From Candidatus Buchananbacteria bacterium (GTDB lineage Bacteria; Patescibacteriota; Patescibacteriia; Buchananbacterales; UBA6539): a DNA stretch of 47,469 nucleotides. This document shows, piece by piece, positions 1-8,416 of the stretch. Each line of letters begins with the position of its first letter. Position 1 is the stretch's first letter. The translations under genes and the position numbers were made by a program. The notes under the pieces were generated by a model that saw nothing but the letters and a program-made list of their open reading frames with translations, was not told the DNA's origin and did no database searches. The DNA lies in the NCBI GenBank assembly GCA_013359225.1, contig JABWCG010000002.1:1-47469 (forward strand), in the 5' to 3' direction.

Positions 1-343
<343 letters not shown>

Positions 344-409
344 ACAAGAACTGGGATTAAATAAAAATTTCCAGAAGAAGTCCCGTCGTTTACGAACGAC
401 TGGATGCTT

Positions 410-514
410 CTGGTGGTTTTAGCGAAGGGGTAACACCTGTTCCCATCCCGAACACAGCAGTTAAGACCTTCAGCGCCGATGATACTCGCAAGGGAAAAGT
501 AGGTCATCGCCAGT
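410..514 (+). rRNA. rrf: 5S rRNA (short, about 105 nt)
   Basis: CACCTGTTCCCATCCCGAACACAGCAGTTAAG core; CTGGTGG...TCGCCAG helix I; follows 23S. Confidence 0.95.
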
Positions 515-522
515 TATATCAG

Positions 523-552
523 AAAACCTCGGATTTATTCCGAGGTTTTTTG
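523..552 (+). terminator. Intrinsic terminator of rRNA operon
   Basis: AAAACCTCGGA-TTTAT-TCCGAGGTTTTTT hairpin plus U-tract. Confidence 0.85.
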
Positions 553-553
553 T

Positions 554-582
554 TTGACCAAAATATTGTTTTTTGCTACGAT
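554..582 (+). promoter_or_regulatory. Sigma70-type promoter
   Basis: TTGACC-17nt-TACGAT with extended -10 TG. Confidence 0.6.
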
Positions 583-867
583 ATCAATTACTTCTTCGTT
601 GCGGCCTGCTTTCTTGCGCGGCCATATCCACCCCGCACGCGGGAGGGCCATACTAGCGGCCGTTAATAGATGACGACCATGGTTTGGCCCTTCCGCACCT
701 CCACTTTTTTGCTCTTTATCAATACCTTTCCCGAGGAAGACCCCTTCCTCGTTTCCTTCCGCTCCAGGAAGAACCCCACCGGCCTATGAGAGCCCTCACC
801 GCGCCCTTGCGCGCAAACCCCAATGCACCACTCTCATCGCCGGTGGTTTTTCTTATAGGGTAATTTA

Positions 868-901
868 TTGACATTGTTTTTTGTATGATATAGTATGATA
901 T
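868..901 (+). promoter_or_regulatory. Sigma70 promoter overlapped by a 10-bp tandem repeat (candidate operator)
   Basis: TTGACA-17-TAGTAT; (T/A)GTATGATAT repeated at 882-891 and 892-901. Confidence 0.6.
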
Positions 902-914
902 TATATAAACTTAT

Positions 915-1727
915 ATGGATAAAACCCGCCTGACAATCACTTTAGATAAAGACATCCTCGAAAAACTGGATGAATATATTGATGGCGCTAGGATTCGTAA
1001 TCGGTCGCACGCTATTGAGTATGTGTTAAGCAAATATTTTTCGCCGAAAGTTCGTAAGGCACTCATTTTGACTGGTGGTAAGGCTACTAGCTTGCCCAAA
1101 GGTATGATTGAAATCAATGCTCGTCCGGTGCTTGAACATACGGTTGAGAATCTTCGTCGCTATGGTGTTCGGGAAATTATTTTTTCCCTTGGCCACCAGG
1201 GGGAAAAAATCAGAAAGCATTTTGGTGACGGCTCGCGGTTTGGTATTAAAGCTACTTATTTAGAACAGGGTAAATTTCAGACCGGTACGGCCCAGCCGAT
1301 TATGCAAGCCAAAACAGAGTTAGGCAATTCACCGTTTATGGTAATTTATGGTGATGTCATCGCTCAGCTTGATTTGGATGACATGATGGATTTTCACTTG
1401 TCTCATAATGGTCCAGTCACTATTGCGTTGACAGCGGTTAATCGTTCCAGCGATTGGGGGGTGGTGCGTATTCAGGGTTCGCGGGTCTATTCATTTTTGG
1501 AAAAGCCGGATAATCGACGTGATCTGTCAAACATCATTAACGCAGGAGTTTATATTTTTGACCCAGAAATTTTTGATTATCTTAAAGACGCTACCAGACT
1601 GGAAAAAGATGTCTTTCCAAAATTAGTTGAAGAACGTAAACTTTTTGGCTATATTTTTGCGGGGGACTGGTTTGACGTTGGTAACAGTGAAAGTTATAAT
1701 CGGGCAATTAAAGAATGGAAAAATTGA
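915..1727 (+). CDS. CopG/NikR-like ribbon-helix-helix domain fused to an NDP-sugar pyrophosphorylase-family domain
   Basis: N-terminal RLTITLDKDIL...NRSHAIEYVL (RHH); then ALILTGG, PKGM, GTAQPI, YGD, EKP, INAGVYIF, WFDVG. The GxGTR loop is deleted. Confidence 0.85.
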   Translation: MDKTRLTITLDKDILEKLDEYIDGARIRNRSHAIEYVLSKYFSPKVRKALILTGGKATSLPKGMIEINARPVLEHTVENLRRYGVREIIFSLGHQGEKIRKHFGDGSRFGIKATYLEQGKFQTGTAQPIMQAKTELGNSPFMVIYGDVIAQLDLDDMMDFHLSHNGPVTIALTAVNRSSDWGVVRIQGSRVYSFLEKPDNRRDLSNIINAGVYIFDPEIFDYLKDATRLEKDVFPKLVEERKLFGYIFAGDWFDVGNSESYNRAIKEWKN

Positions 1728-1825
1728 TATTGAACGTTTGATTTAGGTTCCGACTAGGAGTGGAGCGGAGTCTGAACGGAACGTTCAAAACTGAATAAAA
1801 GAAAAACTCAATAGGAGTGGCAGGC

Positions 1826-2530
1826 ATGAAAGTGCTTGGAAGTGTAACGGGTATTCTTGGTATCGTTTTCGATATCGACAACACGGTGTATTATCGAACC
1901 GATGAGTATTTGGCTGCAGGCAGCCATAACGAAGTTGTGGAAGTCGCTAAGATTCTCGGTGTTGAACCGGCGGAAGCTCAGCGACGTATCGCGGCTAAGC
2001 GTCAGGAAATCGCTACTCAACAAAACCGCAAGGTCGCGTTGACGGAAGGTGTCTTGGCACTTGGTGTTACTCGCCGGCAGTGGGATGTTTTGCGCTGCAC
2101 AGCGTGGAACCCCGAAAAATGGATTCAACCGGATTCAGAAATGTCGGAACTGATGCGGCGCCTGGCAGACAGATTTACCGTCTGTTTTGGCACCAATTCG
2201 CCGTCGGAAATCGGCGAACGCATTATTGAACTGATTGGTATTAGGTCAACAGTGCCCAAGGTTCTGGTTTTCGGACCAGATAACATTGGACACTCCAAGC
2301 CTGATCCGCAGTTTTTTTCGTTGATCGCGCAAGTAGCGGGTCTGGATCCTGCTACTTGCCTTTCGATTGGCGATCGCGAATTTTCCGAAGGGCCGCCCGC
2401 ACTAGAGGCTGGTTACGCTGGTGCAATAATTGTTCCTGGCAGCAGGGACGAAACACTTCAGGTTGGTGAAATGTTGCTTAGCAGGACGCTTAGCGCACAA
2501 ACGCATATGGAGGGAGGTGTTAGCAGATGA
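1826..2530 (+). CDS. HAD-superfamily hydrolase
   Basis: Motif I FDIDNT, motif II TN, SKPDP, IGD. AGGAG SD 8 nt before ATG 1826. Confidence 0.8.
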   Translation: MKVLGSVTGILGIVFDIDNTVYYRTDEYLAAGSHNEVVEVAKILGVEPAEAQRRIAAKRQEIATQQNRKVALTEGVLALGVTRRQWDVLRCTAWNPEKWIQPDSEMSELMRRLADRFTVCFGTNSPSEIGERIIELIGIRSTVPKVLVFGPDNIGHSKPDPQFFSLIAQVAGLDPATCLSIGDREFSEGPPALEAGYAGAIIVPGSRDETLQVGEMLLSRTLSAQTHMEGGVSR

Positions 2531-3258
2531 AACAACAACCCACGTTTCAGGATTTAATCGCCGGCCATGTTCGGCCCGGTGCAGTGTCGATTATCGGTAT
2601 TACGGGTCAGGCAGGCGCTGGCAAGAGCAACCATATTGCGCCGTTGGCGAAAGCGCAAATCGAAAGCGTTGGCTACCCCGCTGAGATCCTTGGACTTGAC
2701 GTCTTCTTCAAACTTTCCAGCCGGGCTCGTAAGGCTTGGCTGAATGAGGATGGTGTTGACCCCGAAGAACTCACGCGGCGCGCGGACCAAATGACCTGGT
2801 GGGATTTTGATCGGGCACAGTCGGCGCTCAACGACCTGTTGGCACATAAACCCCTTCATTTAGAGGGCGTCTACAATCGTGCTGACGGCGGCGAGTTGAC
2901 CGGCGAAGTTCATATCGTGCCGCCAAAAGAAGGTATGGCCATTCTCTTTGATGGAGTTGCTATCTGCCATCTCCAGGGGATGTGTGAGATTGCCTATGTT
3001 CATACCCCGGCCAGCGTTCGGCTTGAACGTTTGCGTGCTCGCGATCGTCACCGTCAAGGTGCGGAAGTGCTTGAACGCTTTCGTTTAACCCAGGCGTTTG
3101 AAGTCCCGTACTTTCACAGCCATTGGCACCACTTGAGCTGCTGGCTCGACAATTCGCGCCAGGATCCGCTGGTCTTGTCGTCACTTGACCAGACGTTTGC
3201 CCTGTCCGAAGACGGGCTACCTGGACAGATCATTGCATTTGATGAAAAAGCCGGCTAA
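2527..3258 (+). CDS. Uridine kinase/phosphoribulokinase-like P-loop kinase
   Basis: IIGITGQAGAGKS Walker A, LDxFF, ILFDG, RLERLRARD lid. ATGA overlap with the HAD gene. Confidence 0.75.
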   Translation: MKQQPTFQDLIAGHVRPGAVSIIGITGQAGAGKSNHIAPLAKAQIESVGYPAEILGLDVFFKLSSRARKAWLNEDGVDPEELTRRADQMTWWDFDRAQSALNDLLAHKPLHLEGVYNRADGGELTGEVHIVPPKEGMAILFDGVAICHLQGMCEIAYVHTPASVRLERLRARDRHRQGAEVLERFRLTQAFEVPYFHSHWHHLSCWLDNSRQDPLVLSSLDQTFALSEDGLPGQIIAFDEKAG

Positions 3259-3280
3259 CAAGCCGACTCGTTCATCACCG

Positions 3281-3320
3281 GCGATTCATTTACAATGTAA
3301 ACTGAATCGCTTTTTATTTT
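3281..3320. terminator. Terminator hairpin between convergent genes
   Basis: GCGATTCA-TTTAC..GTAAA-C-TGAATCGC followed by T-tract. Confidence 0.7.
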
Positions 3321-3973
3321 TATAAAGTATGTATTACCGCAGGATTGATATCTGACAGCGCATCAACGGTTGTATCGGCAGCATTAAGGGCTCCCGGTGG
3401 AGTATAGGGATGATTGATGCCAATACATTTCATTCCCGCATTTTTAGCAGAACCAACACCATCTTTAGAATCTTCAATTACAACACATTCAGCCGGTGTG
3501 ACGCCCAATTTTTGCGCGGCCAGCAAATAAATTTCCGGGTCAGGCTTGAGGTTAGTGATTTGATCAATTGATAAAATCACTTCAAAATATTCTTTAATCC
3601 CAAGCCAACGCATCATACTTTCAATCATTCGTGATTCGTTCTGAGAGGCTAGTGCCAGCTTAAATCCCTGGCCTTTGAGCAGCTCAAGCAGTTTTTTGCC
3701 GCCGGGCATTGCCTTGACGTATTTGTCAGGATCAGTGTTAAATGCTTCTCGTTTGTTTTGGGTTAATTTTTTTACGTCGATTTTTTCTTGTTGTTCGGGA
3801 GTCAATATGTCATTCCAGAAATCTTTTGATTTGCGCCCGGCTTTATATTTAAAATCTTCATCTTTCAGGAAGATGCCATAATCCTGTCCAAGAATTTTTT
3901 GATAAAACTTAAAGGTTTCTTTCTCGGTTTCAATTAAAACCCCGTCCAAATCAAATAGTATTGCTTTAATCAT
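3320..3973 (-). CDS. HAD family IA phosphatase (beta-phosphoglucomutase/CbbY-like)
   Basis: FDLDGVL, ALAS, KPDPEIY, VIEDSKDGVGSAKNAGM. Confidence 0.85.
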   Translation of the reverse strand: MIKAILFDLDGVLIETEKETFKFYQKILGQDYGIFLKDEDFKYKAGRKSKDFWNDILTPEQQEKIDVKKLTQNKREAFNTDPDKYVKAMPGGKKLLELLKGQGFKLALASQNESRMIESMMRWLGIKEYFEVILSIDQITNLKPDPEIYLLAAQKLGVTPAECVVIEDSKDGVGSAKNAGMKCIGINHPYTPPGALNAADTTVDALSDINPAVIHTL

Positions 3974-4096
3974 ATAGTCTATAGTATCAGTAATTTAATT
4001 ATTAGACAATAATAAAATTTTTTGACATAAAATTTATATAATTTTAGCTAATTTTAGCTAAATTATGTATTTATCCACAATTTTGTCAGAAAAAAA

Positions 4097-4125
4097 TTGA
4101 CAAGATTTAAAATTCGTTATACTAT
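4097..4125 (+). promoter_or_regulatory. Sigma70 promoter of the TrmB-glmS operon; perfect DnaA box at 4071-4079
   Basis: TTGACA-17-TACTAT; TTATCCACA upstream. Confidence 0.65.
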
Positions 4126-4138
4126 GGCTATTATCTCT

Positions 4139-4876
4139 ATGGTTGAAAAAACCCTCCAAAATTTGGGTCTGGAAGACAAGGAAATTAAAGTATACCTGGC
4201 TTGTTTAAAGTTGGGCCCTTCGCCAGTGCGTAAAATTGCCGAAAACGCTGGCATTAATCGTCAAACTGTCTATGATATTTTAAAGGGGTTGATCGGTACC
4301 GGCTTGATTAGTTATTACCATAAAGATAAGCGTCAGTATTTTATTGCCGAGGACCCATCGCGACTTAAAGATGTTTTACGTCAACGCCGGGACTTGTTGG
4401 AGAAAACTGAAACAGAAATGAGTGAGATTATTCCACAGCTTAAATCAATTTATAACAATGCGGCCGTTAAGCCGGTTGCTAAATTTTATGAAGGGTATGC
4501 CGGCATCGAATTAGTTTTGAAAGACGTTATCAAGAGTTGCCGGGACGGATCCGAAAAATCATACTATGTGTATTCGGCTGCAAGCATTAAAAGATATTTA
4601 TATAATGTCTACCCTAATTTTTCCAAGGATCGAATTGATTCTGGCATTGGGGTTAAAGTAATTTCAATCGGTCCCGGCGGAGAAACCCGGGGACTTGATG
4701 AGCGCAAGTGGCTGACAAAAAAAGACAGTGCACCGACCTATATTTTAATTTATGCCGGCAAGCTAGGGATGATTTCGGTTGATGCTAACGAGAAGCCAAT
4801 TGGTGTTATTATCGAAGATAAAAATATTTATCAGACTCAAAAAATGATTTTTGAGTTTGTCTGGGAGAATCTATAA
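4139..4876 (+). CDS. TrmB-family transcriptional regulator
   Basis: LGLEDKEIKVYLACL...IAENAGINRQTVYDILKGL winged HTH, FYEG motif, C-terminal effector domain. Start placed at ATG 4139, downstream of the promoter. Confidence 0.85.
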   Translation: MVEKTLQNLGLEDKEIKVYLACLKLGPSPVRKIAENAGINRQTVYDILKGLIGTGLISYYHKDKRQYFIAEDPSRLKDVLRQRRDLLEKTETEMSEIIPQLKSIYNNAAVKPVAKFYEGYAGIELVLKDVIKSCRDGSEKSYYVYSAASIKRYLYNVYPNFSKDRIDSGIGVKVISIGPGGETRGLDERKWLTKKDSAPTYILIYAGKLGMISVDANEKPIGVIIEDKNIYQTQKMIFEFVWENL

Positions 4877-4877
4877 T

Positions 4878-6716
4878 ATGTGTGGTATTGTCGGATATGT
4901 TGGGACTAAGGCGGCTTCGCCGATCTTGCTTGATGGCCTAAAACGTTTGGAATATCGAGGCTATGACAGTGCCGGTATTGCGGTTTGGGATGGTCATAAA
5001 ATTAATGTTTTAAAAACTCGGGGTCGAGTCAAAGAATTATTTGATGCCGTTTCTGCAAACCCTTTAAGCGGCACGGTCGGCATCGCTCATACGAGGTGGG
5101 CCACTCATGGTGAGCCAAATGAAGTGAATGCTCATCCGCACGGGGATAATGATGGCAATGTTTTTTTAGTGCATAATGGTATCATTGAAAATTATAAAAC
5201 GCTGAAAAATGAGCTGGAAAAAGAAGGCCATATTTTTAAATCAGAAACCGATACAGAAGTATTGGCGCATCTTATTGGCAAATTATTGAAAAGTAGCAAG
5301 AGCTTAGAGGAAGCAGTCAAAAAATCGTTGCACCTGGTTAAAGGGGCATATGCGATTGCAGTGATGGCTAATAGTGAGCCGGGTACTTTGGTGGCTGCTA
5401 GACTGAGTAGCCCGTTACGCATTGGTATTGGTGCTGATCAATTAATTATCGCGTCCGATCCATCAGCGATTTTAAGTTATACTCATCAGGTTATCACTCT
5501 GGGAGATAAAGAGGTGGCTGTGATCAAAGATGGCGAATATGTTATTTCTAGTCTGGATGGCCAACAGCCGATTGATAAAGAGGTGGAAAAAATTGAATGG
5601 GACATGGAACAGGCAGAAAAAGGCGGCTTTGATCATTTTATGTTAAAGGAAATTATGGAACAACCCGAAACGGTGCGTAATAGTTTGCGTGGCCGAATTA
5701 TTGTTGAGGAGGGCCGGTCAAAATTAGGTGGGCTTGAGTCGGTTGAACATCGTTTGCGTCAAATTAAACGTTTGACCATCGTGGCCTGTGGTACAGCGTC
5801 TTATGCCGGCTTGATCGGAGAATATATGCTTGAAGAATATGCCGGCATTCCAACGGAAGTCTCGGTAGCGTCAGAATTTAGGTATCGTAAGCCAATTTTA
5901 GACCCAGAACAGGATGCGGTGCTGGTGTTGAGTCAGTCGGGAGAAACTGCCGACACTTTGGCGGCCGTTAAAGAAGCCAAAGAAAAAGGTGTTTTAACGC
6001 TTGGTATTGTTAATGTGATTGGTAGTACTATTGCTCAGGAGACTGACGCCGGCGTCTATAATCACGCCGGACCGGAGATTGGCGTTGCATCTACAAAAGT
6101 ATTTGTTTCTCAGGTTACAGTGTTAGCTTTGCTAACATTAATGCTCGGTCGTCAGCGGCAGATGTCGATCGTGACAGGTAAACGCATTGCCGAAGAGCTG
6201 CTTACTATTCCAAAATATATTGAAGAGGTTTTACAGACTAATGAACGAATTAAAGGTGTGGCTCAAAAGTATGCGAAGTTTAAAAACTTTTTTTATCTGG
6301 GACGAAAATATAACTATCCAATTGCTCTTGAAGGAGCATTAAAGTTGAAAGAGATTTCTTACATTCATGCTGAAGGGGGATCTTCCGGTGAATTGAAGCA
6401 CGGCCCGATTGCCATGATTGATCCGGAATTTCCGACGGTTTTTGTTACTCCCAAAGACAGTGTCTATGAAAAAAACCTTTCTAACTTGCAGGAAGTTAAG
6501 GCGCGGCAGGGAAAGATTATTGCTGTGGCCACCGTTGGTGACGAGGAGGTCGCTAAAGTCGCTGATGAGGTTTTTTACATTCCAAAGACTTTAGAAATGT
6601 TAACGCCCCTGTTAGCCGTCGTGCCGCTGCAGCTTTTTGCCTATCATGTTGCGGTTGCCTGTGGTCGCGATGTTGATAAGCCGCGTAACTTAGCTAAAAG
6701 CGTAACCGTTGAATAA
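4878..6716 (+). CDS. glmS: Glutamine--fructose-6-phosphate aminotransferase
   Basis: MCGIVG, LEYRGYDSAG, HTRWATHG, SQSGETADT, ELKHGP, DKPRNLAKSVTVE. Confidence 0.98.
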   Translation: MCGIVGYVGTKAASPILLDGLKRLEYRGYDSAGIAVWDGHKINVLKTRGRVKELFDAVSANPLSGTVGIAHTRWATHGEPNEVNAHPHGDNDGNVFLVHNGIIENYKTLKNELEKEGHIFKSETDTEVLAHLIGKLLKSSKSLEEAVKKSLHLVKGAYAIAVMANSEPGTLVAARLSSPLRIGIGADQLIIASDPSAILSYTHQVITLGDKEVAVIKDGEYVISSLDGQQPIDKEVEKIEWDMEQAEKGGFDHFMLKEIMEQPETVRNSLRGRIIVEEGRSKLGGLESVEHRLRQIKRLTIVACGTASYAGLIGEYMLEEYAGIPTEVSVASEFRYRKPILDPEQDAVLVLSQSGETADTLAAVKEAKEKGVLTLGIVNVIGSTIAQETDAGVYNHAGPEIGVASTKVFVSQVTVLALLTLMLGRQRQMSIVTGKRIAEELLTIPKYIEEVLQTNERIKGVAQKYAKFKNFFYLGRKYNYPIALEGALKLKEISYIHAEGGSSGELKHGPIAMIDPEFPTVFVTPKDSVYEKNLSNLQEVKARQGKIIAVATVGDEEVAKVADEVFYIPKTLEMLTPLLAVVPLQLFAYHVAVACGRDVDKPRNLAKSVTVE

Positions 6717-6717
6717 T

Positions 6718-7164
6718 ATGGCAATAAAAATCCGTTTACTTAAATCTAGCGACCTGAAACCCGAAAGTGGTTTTTGGAAAACTTTAGCTCACCTTGCTCC
6801 GGGCAAAAAGGTTAGCTATCGTCAAGCAGTTCAAGCTTATCGCCGAGCCAAAAAGCAAGGCAGCTATATTTTTGTTGCTATTGAGCCTGTTACTAATCAA
6901 ATTGTTGGTACGGTTACGCTGTTGGTTGAGCAAAAGTTTATTCGCAATCTGGCTTTGGCCGGTCATATTGAAGACGTGGTTACTCGCAAAGGTTTTGAAG
7001 GTCAAGGTGTGGCCAGCCAATTAATCAAAGCAGCCTTAAAAAAAGCTAAGGTTTTGGGTTGCTATAAAGTGATTCTGGACTGTCGTAAAGAGCTAGTTAG
7101 TTTTTATCGTCGATTTGGGTTTAAAGCGGCTGAGGTGGAAATGAAGATTTATTTTAAAAAATAG
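6718..7164 (+). CDS. Glucosamine-6-phosphate N-acetyltransferase (GNA1-type GNAT)
   Basis: LLVEQKFIR, GHIEDVV, GQG, CYKVILDC, FYxxFGF match GNA1 motifs. Directly follows glmS. Confidence 0.85.
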   Translation: MAIKIRLLKSSDLKPESGFWKTLAHLAPGKKVSYRQAVQAYRRAKKQGSYIFVAIEPVTNQIVGTVTLLVEQKFIRNLALAGHIEDVVTRKGFEGQGVASQLIKAALKKAKVLGCYKVILDCRKELVSFYRRFGFKAAEVEMKIYFKK

Positions 7165-7192
7165 ATTTAAGGAAACTTAATTATTATAAATT

Positions 7193-8410
7193 ATGAAAGC
7201 ACTCGTTAAAAAGCGACCCACTAATCCGCCTGCCTGGTATGTCGGTTTAGATTATATTGATAAACCTGAGCCATCAGTTACCCCCGAACGTCCGGTAAAG
7301 GTGCAAATTATTTCAACCGGTATTTGTGGAACTGACGTTGGTATTTATCAGGGCAAGGATTCATTAGCTCAAAGTATGGCTAAAAACAAAGATGAGGAGA
7401 CTATTTTGGGCCATGAGTTTTGTGGTCGAATTTCTGAGATTCATGATTCTGCTAAAACGGAAGTGGCCAGCTTACTGCTACGTAAAAAATTATTGAATAA
7501 AAAATTAGCTGATTATGTCGAAGGTAAAACTGCTAAGCAACTGGCCTCCGGTGCTGATTTTGTAGAGTTTTTGAATAAGAATTTTTATGTTAGCGCCGAA
7601 ATGCATTTTACCTGTCTTGAGTGTTTGCAGTGTCGGACCGGACATCAGCACGTTTGTAAAAAGACAATCGGCAAGGGCATTCATGAAGACGGCGCGTATA
7701 CTGATTTTATGGTTGTGCCGGCAAACCGACTGGTATTATTTGAGGTAGGGGAAGTGCCGCCGGAAATTATTAGTTTTATGGATGCGATTGGTAATGGCGT
7801 TCATACTTGTCAGTCGGCCGACCTTGTTGGACGAACGATTTTGATTACCGGCGCGGGCTTACAGGGGCTGATGAGCTGCGCTATTGCTAAACAACTTGGA
7901 GCGGGAAAAATTTTTATCACCGATGTCATACCCGACAAAGCGAGTCTCGACAAGCTTGGCATTGCCAAAAAAATTGGGGCGGACTTTACTTTTAATGTGG
8001 GTAAACCCGAAGGTCTGGCCGCATTGCGCGAAACGATTGCCAAAGAAACCGATAATACCGGTGTTGATATTGTTTTTGAAATGGCCGGTCATTACAGCGC
8101 TTATAATGTGATTTTTGATAGTGTTCGCATGGGAGGCACTATTTTAATGTTAGGGTTGCCAGCTGGAAAATTAGAGCTTGATTTTTCCAATCAGGTTATT
8201 TTTAAGGGGCTGACGATTAAAGGTATTTATGGTCGCCGGGTGTTTGATACCTGGGATTTGATGCGTTATTTGTTGGCTAATGGTTTGACGGAAACTATTT
8301 TACGAAGCGGTGTTATTACCCATCAACTGCCGTTGGCAGAGTACGATCAGGGTTTTCAAGCCTTGATCAATGGTCAAGCGATTAAAGTGCTATTAAAGCC
8401 AGGAATATAA
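7193..8410 (+). CDS. tdh: L-threonine 3-dehydrogenase (Zn-dependent MDR family)
   Basis: ICGTD, GHEF, CxxCxxC-x7-C, GNGVHT, GAG, VIFKGLTIKGIYGRRVFDTW, VITH; adjacent to kbl. Confidence 0.85.
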   Translation: MKALVKKRPTNPPAWYVGLDYIDKPEPSVTPERPVKVQIISTGICGTDVGIYQGKDSLAQSMAKNKDEETILGHEFCGRISEIHDSAKTEVASLLLRKKLLNKKLADYVEGKTAKQLASGADFVEFLNKNFYVSAEMHFTCLECLQCRTGHQHVCKKTIGKGIHEDGAYTDFMVVPANRLVLFEVGEVPPEIISFMDAIGNGVHTCQSADLVGRTILITGAGLQGLMSCAIAKQLGAGKIFITDVIPDKASLDKLGIAKKIGADFTFNVGKPEGLAALRETIAKETDNTGVDIVFEMAGHYSAYNVIFDSVRMGGTILMLGLPAGKLELDFSNQVIFKGLTIKGIYGRRVFDTWDLMRYLLANGLTETILRSGVITHQLPLAEYDQGFQALINGQAIKVLLKPGI

Positions 8411-8416
8411 AAACAT

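Noticed and set aside
624..649. ATATCCACCCCGCACGCGGGAGGGCC resembles a type I CRISPR repeat
   Set aside because: Single copy, no repeat-spacer periodicity and no cas genes in the window.
4860..4880. glmS ribozyme
   Set aside because: glmS starts 1 nt after the TrmB stop codon, leaving no leader.
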